The notes below the pieces were generated by a model. It ran no database searches. It was not told the DNA's origin and was given only the letters and a program-made list of their open reading frames with translations. A stretch of 64,000 nucleotides of DNA from Gordius albopunctatus. Lineage: Eukaryota. Shown here in pieces: positions 1 to 32,874 of this stretch (position 1 is the first letter of the stretch; each line of letters opens with the position of its first letter). The stretch lies in the NCBI GenBank assembly GCA_964276515.1, contig OZ193909.1:15562001-15626000 (forward strand). The letters run 5' to 3'. The translations under genes were made by a program, and so were the position numbers.

Positions 1-506
1 TTTAGTCAGGACTATTCAGACAACTCTTCAACACATTAGGATGCAAACATATAAATCCAGTGCCTATCACCCATCCGCCAACGGACTGGTGGAACGCTTC
101 AACAAAATTAAAGGCATCTTTAAAAGCCACCGAAAAAATCAAATGGAGTGAAGTTCTTCCACTTGTGTTACTTGGTATCCGAGCCACAATCAAGGAAGAT
201 ATTGGACTAACACCATCCGAACTCGTATATGGAACCATAATAAGACTGCCTGGAGACTATTTTCTACAGCTACCCGAGACCAACCAACAACCCGAAATGG
301 AACTGCATAACTTTGTAGACAAACTAAGAAAGACAATGATTGCAATACCGTACCGCAACACCACATAAAGACAAAAGAACAGGTTAGTCAAGATCTGTTA
401 GAAAATTCTCATGTTTTTGTCAGAAACGACGCGGTTCGCAGGCCACTCACCTCACCGTACAACGGACCGTTTAAAGTGTTAAAACGCGAACCAAAATACT
501 TCGTCT
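1..506 (+). mobile_element. Ty3/Gypsy integrase 3' fragment (decayed, runs off window start)
   Basis: Translates with frameshifts to integrase core/C-terminal motifs (YHPSANGLVER, WSEVLPLVLLGIR, TPSELVYG, VFVRNDAVRRPLTSPYNGPFKV); positions 1-145 are near-identical to the reverse complement of 510-650. Confidence 0.9.
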
Positions 507-3500
507 TCACATTTGATTTTTTTCGATGGCTTTTAAAGATGCCTTTAATTGTCTGTTTCCACCAGTCCGTTGGCGGATGGGTGATAGGCAGTGGTTTTTA
601 TATGTTTGCATCCTAATGTGCTGGAGAGTTGTCTGAATAGTCCTGACTGAAACTGAGATCCTCTGTCGGTAGTAATTGTACTTGGGACACCGTAATTGGC
701 TATCCAACTTTCGATTAGCTTGAAAGCGATCTCTTCGGTAGATGTTTCTTTAAGTGTAACGGCCATAGGCCATCTCGAGAAACGATCTATTGCTGTCAAA
801 ATGTTAGTAAACCCGTTTGAAGGTGGTAGTGGTCCATGTTGCGTCTGGTTGTGCGAAAGTCCCGGGCGTCGTTATAGTGTGTTTATGAACTTTGTTTAGT
901 TGGCATTTTAAACAACACTTAGCCCAATTTCTAACGTCTTGGTTCATCGAAGGTCACACATACACTCTTGACATCAGTTTGCTTGTCACTCGTATGTCAG
1001 GGTGAGAAAAAGCATGAAAGTGATCGAAAACCTTCCTTCTGGGTGTTTCAGGTAATACCGGTCGGGGTTTAGTGGTTGAAAAATCACAATGAACTTTACA
1101 CTCTGATCCTGGGATAGGAATTAGTTGTAACTTTAGGGATGATGAGTTTTTTAGACCTAAGGATTCATCCGTCCTCTGGTGCTTGCTAATTTCCTCCAAA
1201 TCCGGAATTTCTTGTAATTTAGTAGAATCTATTTCCATCCGGGATAGAGAGTCCGCTACTGTGTTGCTTTAGCCTTTAATGAATCGTATGTCAGTATTAT
1301 ATTGCGATATGAGGTCCAACTGTCTTGTTTCTCTTGGGGAATACTGGTAGGGTTTTGCGTTGAATGCATAGGTGAGTGGTTTATGGTCGGTATAGATGGT
1401 GAAATTACAACCTTCTAAGATGTGGCGGAAATGCTTTATGGCCAAATAGATTGTGAGAAGTTCGCGGTCAAAAGTGCTGTACCGGGTCTGACTGGGTTGT
1501 AATTTCGCTTAGAAGAATGCTAATGGGTATACCTTGTCCGAAATGGTTCTCTCCAAAACTGCTCCAACCGCCTTGTCTGATGCATCAGTGGTTAGTGTGA
1601 CTTTTGTTAGGTGGTCCGTATTCAGGAAGGTTAAATGGTAAGATTCGCTAATGCTGCTTTTGATTCTTTGAATGCCTTGACCTGAATGTCGTAAAGCTTA
1701 CGGACTTTTTAGACTTCTTCAGTAAATCGGTCAGAGGTTGAAGGGTTTGGGAAATTCCGGGTAGAAATCAACGATAGAAATTTATCATTCCTAGAAATCT
1801 CCGGAGTTTCTTTATAGTTAATCAGGCAGGGGAAACACGTTGATGTCATTAACTTTGCCCAGTAGTGTGGCAATACCAGCGCTTGATACCTGAAGCCCGA
1901 GAAATTCGAGTTCGCCAACTCCGAATTTGCACTTCGAAGCGTTGATTCTAAGATCGTAGTCTTGCAATCGTTGAAGAACGATTCTCAAGTGCTGTTCGTG
2001 TTCCTGCTCCGATGCGCTGGCTATGAGGATATCATCGATGTACGCGTAAGTGCAATCTAATCCTCTTAGTACTTCATCAATGAATCGTTGGATGGTCTGT
2101 GCTGCGTTTTTTAGTCCGAACGGCATTCATGTAAATTCTTACAGGCCGTAAGGTACTGTCACAGCTGTTTTGGATACGTCCTTTGGCGCTACGGGGATGT
2201 GATAGTAAGCTCTCACGAGGTCCAGCTTGGAGAATGTGATTTTGTTGTGAAGATTGGCAGTGTAATTATGTAAGTATGGTATGGGATATCTGTCCGGTAT
2301 TGTGACTTTATTCAGACCTCTGTAGTCTCTACAAGGCCTCCAATCACCTGTCCTTTTGGCGGCCAAATGCAATGGGGCTGCCCAGTTGCTTTCTGATTTC
2401 TGAATGATCCCTAATTCTAACATATATTCGAATTCTTTTTTCTTCAACTTTTCCGCTGTCAGTCTTCTTGGACGTGCGTACTAAGCTGGTTGTTTCGTTA
2501 AAATGTGGTGGAGTACATCATGTGGTGGAATCTGTCGGTTGAAGTTTAGAGGGGCTATGAGTGACGGAAATTCGTGCAGAATTGCATCGAATTTAGTGCT
2601 GTGATTGCTGAGTGCTACACGGATACCGAATATCTGATGTGGTGAAGTTGTGCCTTGGATGATAGCTGAGAAGTACTATCTATGAGTTGTTTATTGTTGA
2701 TGTCCACAACAAACTTATATAAATGTAATAAGTCAGCTCCAATTATGGGGGTGTGTACGTCGGCGACTAAAAATACCCATTTGAATTCCCGTCACAAGCC
2801 AAGGTCTAGACTCGATACGACTTGTCCGTATGTGTGGATACTGGTTTGGTTAGCCGCTTGTAGAGTTGGGCCATACGGGATCAATGGATGTTTGGGAGGG
2901 GGTGGGATAACGCTAACTTCAGCTCCCGTATCGACGAGGTATTTCCTTTGGGTGGACCGGTCGAATAAATAGAAAAGGCGGCTGAAAGTACGGCCGTTTC
3001 CGATAGTCACCCATATGGGACGGCCCGTTAGTTTTCTTGTTGGGATTTGGTGTTAAAATTGCATGGCTGCATGCAATTCTTCGCTTCCTTTCTGAATTTA
3101 TAATGGTAACAACATAGGTTAGTTGGGCGTTGTCTGGATGATGACCTAGATCTGCTTGACCTTCTCCATGTCGTCCTACTGCCGTTAGGATTGCCTGTTA
3201 ATGGATTTATTCTGAGTTCTAATTGTGACACAGCTTTGATAAGTTTCTGCACTTCGTTTGTTTCAATGTTGGGAATAGGAATATTGGGGATAAGAATGTT
3301 GGGAGTAAGATTATAGGGAGTAGCTACTGATGCCAATCTGCTCACTCTGAAAGTTTCGTGAATCCTATCAGCAACGTCTGCGATACGATCTAGTGATTGA
3401 TCATCTCCCATAGTAGCAAAAATGCTTACCACATGTTGGGGTAGCTTGTCTATCCAGAGGCTTTTTAGGATCTTTTTGTCCATTACATTATTACCTAAAC

Positions 3501-4121
3501 GAGATTTCGAGAATTTTACCAACTGGGAGGGGGTGCGGTCTCCAAGGAATATCTCAGAGAATAAATTCCTTATTCTCTTCTCGTCACTGTCTCCTAGTCT
3601 TTTCACGATTGCTTCCTTCAGTTTGTCGTAAGGGACAGATTCTGGTACCACAAATATGAGGTCTGCCACCTCTTCCGCGACATCTGGGGGTAGCGATTCG
3701 ACTAGGTAGGAATACTTAGTCTTTTGCGAGGATATTTTGTGTGTATTAAACACAGCTTCTACCTGTGACAACCATATGCGTACATTTTTAGGATGGAATT
3801 CACATGAACTGCGCTTTCTCTTGGTTCATTGGAGTCGGGGATTGTTGTGTTTGTTTCCATCACGTTTCAGGTCGCCAATATAATGGTTGTAAGACATTTA
3901 TTTTCACACACACAATAAGGACAAATATCAATCAACAATGAAATAGAATATGAGCGAGATTTGGTATGATAGAATATTCAATAGTGTGAGTTGTAATATC
4001 TTGCGCGGTGATGTGATTCAGAAAGTTTTATCCCAGAATTTTAGATGGATGGATGAATAGGATTAAAAGTAGCAAAGTAATCAATTGGTTGCTTGATGTC
4101 GTCAATGTCTAAAACGCCACA
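507..4121 (-). mobile_element. Ty3/Gypsy LTR retrotransposon, decayed and 3'-truncated (5' LTR, PBS, gag, protease, RT, RNase H, partial integrase)
   Basis: gag ORF 3028-3771 with CCYHYKF...C..PC knuckle, ending QEN*; protease YLVDTGAEVSV; RT FSKLDLVRAYYHI, MPFGLKNAAQT, YIDDILIAS; RNase H TDASD, FDRELL, YTDHKPL; integrase TTDRGSQF, YHPSANG. Many stops and frameshifts. Confidence 0.93.
3879..4121 (-). repeat. Probable 5' LTR of the Gypsy element, followed by a degenerate tRNA-Trp-like PBS (3877-3860)
   Basis: Minus strand starts TGTGGCG at 4121, has AATAAA near its end, then TGGCGACCTGAAACGTG directly before the gag ATG at 3860; resembles the tRNA-Trp PBS TGGTGACCCCGACGTG. No second LTR to confirm the boundaries. 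Confidence 0.55.
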
Positions 4122-4205
4122 GACTTAAAGTGAAGATGAGTTTAGTTATATTTATTTGAATAACATATTGTCTATAAATCTATTTGACTAAAAATTAAAA
4201 ATTGT

Positions 4206-4687
4206 ACAATAACTTTGTGATTCATTACCTACCTTAATCTAATGTTTTAGTTAACTGTCGTGTCCTCACAAAAGTTACGGTTCTCTCCTCCCTAAACCCC
4301 CCACCGCGCTCCTATATACACGCGTTTTAATACCGTACGTATTCAATCACTGATATTTATTCACGTAAACTATTAGGAGTGTGATACAAAAACACGACGA
4401 CAAAACCAAAAATGTCCTGGCGTATATATCCAACGCCTTTATATATTACGACCAATTAACGATAATTTGATCGCCAACGCGCGTGTAAATAATATCAACA
4501 CGCAGGTAACTATCGTATCCCTGGAGTCACTTTACCTCTCTACACAATAACTTTGTGATTCATTACCTACCTTAATCTAATGTTTTAGTTAACTGTCGTG
4601 TCCTCACAAAAGTTACGGTTCTCTCCTCCCTAAACCCCCCACCGCGCTCCTATATACACGCGTTTTAATACCGTACGTATTCAATCA
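4206..4687. repeat. Exact 144-bp direct repeat (4206-4349 and 4544-4687) with a 194-bp spacer
   Basis: ACAATAACTTTGTGATTC...CCGTACGTATTCAATCA occurs twice, identical by eye. Confidence 0.9.
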
Positions 4688-5036
4688 AACCCCCCTACCC
4701 GTACTTATATTCATAAAGGTTGTAAAACTTCGTAGCGCATACACCCACCCCCCCGCGTTAGCTCGTATATTTAAAACGTAGAATAGATATAACATCTGCG
4801 GTACTGATTTTAATAGTATTTAGGTCTACACAATCTCCCCTTCTTGGCCTTACTACTGCAGATGGGGTACTTATACTTTCCATTTTATTTTTAATTTCCA
4901 GTACGGATTTGTTCCACCTATTTTTATTATTGCTATACACACGCGTTACGGATTATTGGATTAATATTATAATTCATCTTTATCGATTCGAATATTAAAA
5001 GATCATTATATCGCAAGAGTTATTTTCGCGGATATA

Positions 5037-5270
5037 TCTTCTTCTTCTTTATCAGTTATTTGGTCCCACATTGGTGGGGTTTGTTTTGATGAGTCTCTTC
5101 CATCTTGACCGGGTTAGTGCCATGTCTTGACGAATCTCTTTAGTTTCCATAACTTTATCGACTTGCCTTTTCCACGTAACACGGGGTCGTCCTCTTCCTC
5201 TCTTCCCCGGTATTTTCATGTCTAGCACTTTTCGATTTACGTCATCCGGGTCCCTTCTTAGTATATGCCC
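5037..5270 (-). mobile_element. RTE-type LINE 3' fragment (family A) with (GAA)n tail
   Basis: Near-identical to about 10365-10600; encodes ..RGRGRPRVTWKRQV..PTNVGPNN*, followed by GAAGAAGAAGA. Confidence 0.9.
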
Positions 5271-6192
5271 TATAATTTCGTTATCTTGCTATAAATAAAT
5301 ACACTATTCCTCGTTTATAATAGCAAATTAACCATACAATATTTTTATATTAAAAAAGTTTAGTTTAAATAATTTAAGCTTTTCCTTATTATATGAGCCA
5401 TGCCTTTGTTCCAGATATTTACAATAAAATTAGGAGTGGAGACAAAAGCTCAGATGCGAATGGCTATCTTAATTTTTTGATCATTGATAAGACTAATATT
5501 ATAATTAAGATAATACGCTTAATTAACTAGAATATCTATGAGAAATTTATGACATAAATTTATCGAGAGTCTGAAAGTCAGCTTATAAACTAGAAATTTT
5601 TTTTTTAAATATTGCTTACAAATATTTAAAGCGTTTACAGAAGAAGCTAGCTGTTAATAATAATTGCTGCAATTTTTGCACTATTGTCCTCCTAGCAATT
5701 CATTCAGGTTAAAAAACAACCATTTGTATTTTCTATGATTTTTATTATCACTATAAATATTCAAAAAATTCATACTATATTTTATATTTATGACGTGACA
5801 TTATTAACTATAAAAAGATAATATTTTTGACCTTTCGTTTTTCGTGTATATTTTTCGTTCACTTTGCGGAGTATTAATTTGAGATATACCTAATTCAAAT
5901 TTATATCGGCTCTAGTCAAATAGTAATTTTTATAAAAAAATGCATTTAAATACTTTTTTTTATTAAATTTGGTTGTTAAATATATTTTAAGCTTCTATAC
6001 TAAATATTTTTAACTCAAAATTTATATAAGTATATAGTAGGAAAGTTCATATTTTCCTAAATTTAAGATCCTGTATAAGTAATTTAAGTTTTCATGATTG
6101 CATTTAGATTTGAAGCATATTGTTGATTTCTTAGAGTGTGCGCCTATTTTTATCTGCCTTGTCATTAATTATATTCAAATATTTAGCTCTTC

Positions 6193-26278
<20,086 letters not shown>

Positions 26279-27869
26279 TTGTACCTACCTCTAATTTTTA
26301 TCGATCTCAGTGGAGCTACCTATATAATGACCAAATTATATTAAGTGATTTCTAAATATATTTGAGAAACTTTGATAATACATGTCGTGTGTTTATTAGA
26401 GAAATTGTGTGTTTTCTAAAAAGAAATGCTATATAATTTTAAATATACTTGGAAGCTATCTTTCTAATTATTTAAAATTAGTGTGAGCCAGCTTTGTATT
26501 GTACTTTTAATCAATATAGCAAATAATGGTGCAGTTAACATTTTTTGGGTTAAATTCCACGATTGAAGTAAAGTATTTCATTACGCAAAGCTGAATTCAA
26601 ATCAGTTTTTGTAAACATAATCTTGAGTTTAAACATGGTGGTGCGCCAGTATTTCGGCCATTTTCAGGCGACCAATCGAGGACAAATTTTTTAAAATGTT
26701 TTTCTATGGGGACAGGTCTTACCTGTTACTACAACAAGATTTTAGTATTAGAGGGTGAATAATATAAAAAATTATAGTATTTAGCGTCATGACCCCATGT
26801 CGTAAAAGTCAATTAGCTAAACATTTTAGAATCTCAATAATTTCTATATTTTCACCACATTTTATAAAAATCAATTTAAAAAGTTTAGCTCGTATTCAGG
26901 CATGCCAAGTTAAAATATATTTATAGCAATTTAACTTAAGCTAGTTTATTAGTGATTGGGTAAATTTTATTAATCCTTATAAATATTTTTGTATTAATTT
27001 ATGTCCAAATCTTTAGTTGGCTCGGTGCCTAATAACATTACTTAATCAATTTTGTATAGTTTATAAACTTCTTTAAATTCAACATTCCTTTGGTTAATTA
27101 AAAAAATAAAATATTTATCAATTTCCCAAACCTTACCTTCTTTCAGTATTTTCTCCGGTTTCTCATATAAATGACGTCATTTCAACCGGTAAAAATGATC
27201 CATAAATTTTATCTTTCATTTCCTCATATGGTTTTTGAGCCTTGACCTTGTAATATGTCAATAAAATATATTTATATGCCTTAAATTGTTCTATTCGATA
27301 TATAAAATTGTAAAGCTTCTACATTCTTGCAAACTATTTGGCGGCATGCTATATTCATTCTCACATATTTTACCAATTTCTCTTTTCAAAATAAACTCCT
27401 GCTTTATAAATTATTCAATTTTATGTCCCTTTATTGATGTTACTAATGCATATCTATGTCATACACAAATTTGACCTCACTTTCCCACTAAAAATCCCAT
27501 TGTATACAACTGCAAAATGAATGAAATGCTTTTATATTCACATAAAGTAATTTGTTTAATAAATTAGAGCCGATTGTTAAAAAATTTTATCGCGAGTCAG
27601 CAGATAGTAAAAAAAAATGATGATGAAATAAATTTTTACAAAAGTTTTTAATGATATCAAACGCTATATATTTTTTTTATAATTTATGACCCGTTCTCAA
27701 CTTTAAAATTACAAAACTATAACTTTTTGAGGCCATTTAAAAATTGCGATCGCTTGACATTCGCCCCTTTTTAATCTTTCCATTTAAACTGCAATTGAGA
27801 ATTTTATACGATAAGTTTCATTAAAATTTTTAATTTTTTGTTCTTTATTTTTTGAAAATAAGACATAAC

Positions 27870-28020
27870 CATAGGCGTAGCCAGCATTCGAATTAGAGGG
27901 GGGCAATAATGATTTAAGGGTTAGGGTCAAAATGATCATTTTAACCATAATTTCAATAAATTTTTGGATTAAGAGGGGGACAGCCGCCCTTCCCTGCCCC
28001 CCCCCCCTTGGCTACGCCTA
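27870..28020 (+). mobile_element. CATRGGCGTAGCC-family MITE copy
   Basis: CATAGGCGTAGCCAG...TTGGCTACGCCTA. Confidence 0.8.
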
Positions 28021-29264
28021 ACAATAACCATTTTCCTGTCTCGACCATTGATATCGTAGCCAGTGGCGTAGCTAGCCTTTTTGCCTTGGGGGGGCTGAGC
28101 TAGTCAAATAGGGGGGGGGGCAAAATAATTTGCTACGCCCACCTTTAAGAATAAAAAATATTTATGTTTTGCCCCCCACCCCCCGATCCAAACCCTAAAT
28201 ACGACCATGGGTCAAATGCAATTAAAAAGTTTTCCCTCATAAACGTTGGACAAATTTTAAATTCCGCTACTACTTTGTGTATTTTTTCCATTAACATCCC
28301 ACTAATATGTCCCCTCATGTTTATAGAGCATAAAATGAATAAAATTTATTCATAAATAAAACAAAGTGATGTAGTTGAAACAATAGAGAAAATTACACAT
28401 GGTATAATAAGTTTTGTATAAATGAATTGTAAGGATAAAAGTGGAACGGGGATATTCACAAGAAATCGTTGACATTTTAAAAAAAAAATGCAAATAGTTT
28501 AACAAAACTATATAACAAAGATTTTATAAAAATTATTGCCACAACCTCAAAAATCTTGGCCATATATATAACAAATTCTAATTTTATATATGCAATATTG
28601 GCAGCATTTTCAGGCAGAATTTATATCAGGAGAACAATGAGAACATTTAAAATCCTTTTTTAAGGTGATGCTCAAAAGGCGTAATTATAACATAAAATTT
28701 AAAAAAATTAATTATGAAATTAAAATTCGCTCAAGAATAAGTATTTAGAAGTTATTGCCCTGATATTATAGATATATTTGTACAACCCCCCTCCCCCCCC
28801 TTTACATCACCTAAAAACAACGGCTAAATGAACCTTAAAAATATTCTGTCACAATTAAATGAATCAAAATTTTATTTGATAATTTTAGATGAAATTAGAG
28901 ATGTGAGATGCACAGAACAACTTAGCGTCCAAAGACAAACATAATGATTTTTTAAAGGATTTTTATCCCTTGAAAGTTTTGATGCGTTAACAATTGTATG
29001 AAATTCAGCAATTGGTTATTAATATTAATTTATCAAACATATGATGGGATGTCACTAATGAAGGGGGGGGGGAAATGGTGTACAAACAATTTTTTGGAAA
29101 ACTATTGGCTTTGTATGTGCATGTGGTACATAAAAATATGCAAGATATGTTAAACAATAAGCATGTGATATGGACAATTAAATTGAAACCAGAATGGAAT
29201 TTTCGTAAATTTAATAATATTTTAATATATTTTGAAAGTGTTAAAACAAGTTTAAAAGCCCAGA

Positions 29265-29900
29265 TCATTTTTTATTAAATATTAAAATTAGTCTTTTTAG
29301 TTCATTACGCCTTTTACTCGATGTTGCAAACGAATTTATAATATCAACCAGGGGAATAACATTTATAAAGTCATATTCTAAGTTCAATAAAGCTAAGGAA
29401 GATAACCTATCTTGTCCAATTGTGGAACGAACATAAGTTTTAATCCGTTTTAGCAATGAGAACGATCTTTTGCATGAACATGAAGTTATTGGGATAGTTA
29501 AAATTATTTTAATCAAAATAGTAAAATTTGGAAACACTATTTGGGGCAAGATTTTAATAAGTGGAAAAATATCATTGCATTTTATTTTATTTTAAGATAA
29601 AGAGTTATAATGTGTTACAAAATTTTTTGCCATTTTTATTTCGCCGTCTTTCAGTTTTAATTCATAATGGTTAATTATTTCTGATAAAAGAGATTTATCG
29701 CCAAAAAAAAGAGGATGAAGGGTTTAAACTTTCTAAGGACTTATATAAATTATAATTAATTTCCGAAAATCTTATGTTTAATTCTGCTATTATTCTATCA
29801 ATGAAAGGATAATATAAATCAATTTTGAAATCAATCTTTTATTTTTATGATTGGAATTTTCTAGAATGCCATTTTCAATTAAATTATTAAGACCTTCAGT
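29265..29900 (-). pseudogene. hAT transposase C-terminal (dimerisation domain) remnant
   Basis: FPNFTILIKIILTIPITSCSCKRSFSLLKRIKTYVRSTIGQDRLSSLALLNLE; upstream DFKIDLYYPFIDRIIAELN.RF-like segment. Confidence 0.85.
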
Positions 29901-29985
29901 GTAACCTAATTGTATTTGAATAAATGAATGAAAGCACTAACACTAAGTAAATACCTTTCATGACTGTATTTTTTTCTTCACCTAA

Positions 29986-31243
29986 TCTTCTTTCTATGAC
30001 TGCTTGTCACCTAGGCTGGTGGTCAGTCCTTTCAGCATTCGTTTCCATTTGTTTCTATGTTTACATAGATCTTTCTTTATCTTGTGGACTTTCATATCAT
30101 GCCGTATTTTATGAATCCAGGTAAGCTTGGGTCTTCCTCTCTTTCGTTTTCCTGCGAAATTTATCATCTCGATTTTCTTTCCTACGTAGCTATCGTCCCT
30201 TCTTTCGACATGGCCATACCATCTTAGTCTATTTGTTAAGAGCTTTGTCGCAATTGATGTAGTACCCAAAATTCTTCTTATTTCTTCATTTCGCCTATGG
30301 TCCTTTTTGCTTACTCCTAGCACCCATCTTAGCATTCTCATCTCCATGGTCGCAAGACGTTGCTCGTCTCTTTTACGTATAGCCCATGATTCCGAGGAGG
30401 ACTGTTGGCTGTATGATGGATTTATACAGTGCGCCTTTCAGTCTTCTCGGGATGTTTTTGTCGCACAGAACACCTGTCAAGTCCCTCCACTTGAGCCATC
30501 CGGAATTCATCCTTGCTTATATTTCTTTATCCATTCCACCATCCGATTGAAGTGTTGATCCTAAATATTTGAAGGAATCCACACTTGTAAGTTGCCAATC
30601 GCCTAAAGTAAGGGTTGCACTTTGCTAAACTTTGTCTTCACGTATTCTGTTTTCTTTCGATTTACCCTGAGACCACATCTATTTACAGTATTAGCCAATT
30701 CTTGTTCACTTTTGGCACAGAGAATTATATCGTCTGCAAAGATCATTGCCCAAGGAGCTTCCTCGCCCAAATCCTTGGTAATATTATCCATTATCATTAT
30801 GAATAGGAAGGGACTAAGAGCTGAACCTTGAGGGACTCCAGTATTAATGGCGAAGCCCTTTGTAGTCCCCACCGTTGTTCTAACATACGTTCTATTTCCC
30901 TTGTACATATCCTTTATTGCTCTGACGTATGCTTCTGGCACATTGCTTTCTTCAAGACATTTCCAAACTAAATTACGAGGAACTTTATCAAAAGCTTTTT
31001 CAAGATCGATGAAACACATGTGCAAATCCTCTTCCCTTTCTTTAAACCGTTCCATTAATCTTCTAACACTGTTTAGAGCGTCTGCTGTAGACCTCTCAGG
31101 CATAAATCCGAATTGGTTATCTCGAATTCGAACCAAACTCCGAAGCCGTTTTTCGATCACTTTTTCCCACACCTTGAAAGTGTGACTCATAAGCTTTATC
31201 CCTCTGTAATTGTTGCAATCCTGAATGTCCCCTTTCATCTTGT
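29986..31243 (-). mobile_element. RTE-type LINE (family B), 5'-truncated, RT with frameshifts
   Basis: YRGIKLMSHTFKVWE, NQFGF, FIDLEKAFDKV, GVPQGSALSPFLF, FADDI, FKYLGS, LRWYGHV. Confidence 0.93.
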
Positions 31244-32874
31244 ATATTTATATTTATATAAACATAATAATAAAAAATTTTAAATACCTATTTGATTTAA
31301 CCTATTGCTTGGAGCTACAGGGTTTAAAATCATGCTAAGCTTTAATTGCTTCTTGCTATTGCTATTCATATTCATTAATAAAAGTAAAGTGGAAATTAAT
31401 TTAAAAAAACTCGGGTTTTAAATTAATATTAATTTTGAAATTATGTAATTATGTCAACTCAACAATTTGATACAATTTTCACCCTTTATTATCTTATACA
31501 GCATCTTTATTTTTATTTTTAATATTATAATTAAAACCTTTACCCAGAAACAATAATAATAATCTTTATATTGTTTCTTAATTAAGATAAAAAAAATAAT
31601 GGCGGAAGGGGCCCGGGGGCCAAGATTTTTCCCTTTGGGGGGGGGGCTTATGGAGCCCGGTTTTTGATCTTGGGGAGGTGGGGGGGGCCCAGCCACTGCA
31701 TAACCTTTCAAATCTAAGAAAAAAATAACTAAGAGTTTTGACCATGTGTTTTTTTGAGATTTTACATAAAAGTGTACAATAAATATTATGAAATGTTGAA
31801 TTTTTTATTAGTCGAATTAAGCTGAATTTATAACAAATCTTTACGATTTTTACACGACATATACGATACTTAAATTATTATTATATTTGCCTTAGTCTTT
31901 AATAATTTAAGCATATAAGTTGAGTGATTTGTTATTTGATTTAAATCTACTATCCTCAATGTCACATAAATAATTTTAATAACAAGAAAAGGAATCAAAA
32001 ATTGCGAGTGCTAAGTTTAGGTTGTTCTAGTAATTTTTAAAGTCTTTAAACCTTAATAGGATCCTCCAACATAACAATTAGCTCAATTGTGCTTCTTTCC
32101 TAAAAAAATGTATGAAATATCTCGATGACAGCTCTCTTAAATGCCAGCGAATCCAAAATTTTATTGTTCTTAAAATTAATTATACTAATCTTTAAACGAG
32201 GTTTCCTTTATTAATATGCAGACAAAAAAGGGATTTTAAAATTTTTAGAATACTTTCAAAAACATTTAAAGCGTCTAATCTTAAAATTAGAAACTAATAA
32301 ATATAAAAATACATTAAATTTTAAACTTTCTGCCAAATGTGGCACTTATTTATACGTTTCTTAAATATTTTACAACAAAATTTTTAGATATGAGAGAAGA
32401 CGTCGTTATTTTAAATTATACTATCAATAAGGATATATTACAAAACCCTTAAAATGGTCGCAAAAACGTTAAAAGACAACGAGCGATATCAATAATTCAA
32501 TTATTGTTAAGAACTTTTTTGATATTTCAAGTCAGGAATTTAATTAAACGCGCCCCCTCGAGTTTTTCACTCGTCTAGTTTAATTCCAATGAATGATGCG
32601 TTTGTTAACAACACGTGGGATTGTATTTATTACTCCGTGAATTCCACAGAGTTTCATATAAATAAAATACATAAATAAATGTTTCTAACTCTATATTACA
32701 CATACATGTTTATTTACAAAAAATGTAAGCGGTTTATTATATGAAATTCAATAATATCGATGGGGATTAATTGTCTAAGACGAATTTGATATCCACACAA
32801 TCAGCACTTTTCCATCTTATATTTTAGATTGAAATTCCTAAATCGCGACACTTTCTTCTTCACCTTTCATCTTT

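Noticed and set aside
28060..31700. Single large hAT element bounded by CAGTGGC..GCCACTG
   Set aside because: The TIR match is only 7 bp and the flanks show no 8-bp TSD; only the transposase remnant is reported.
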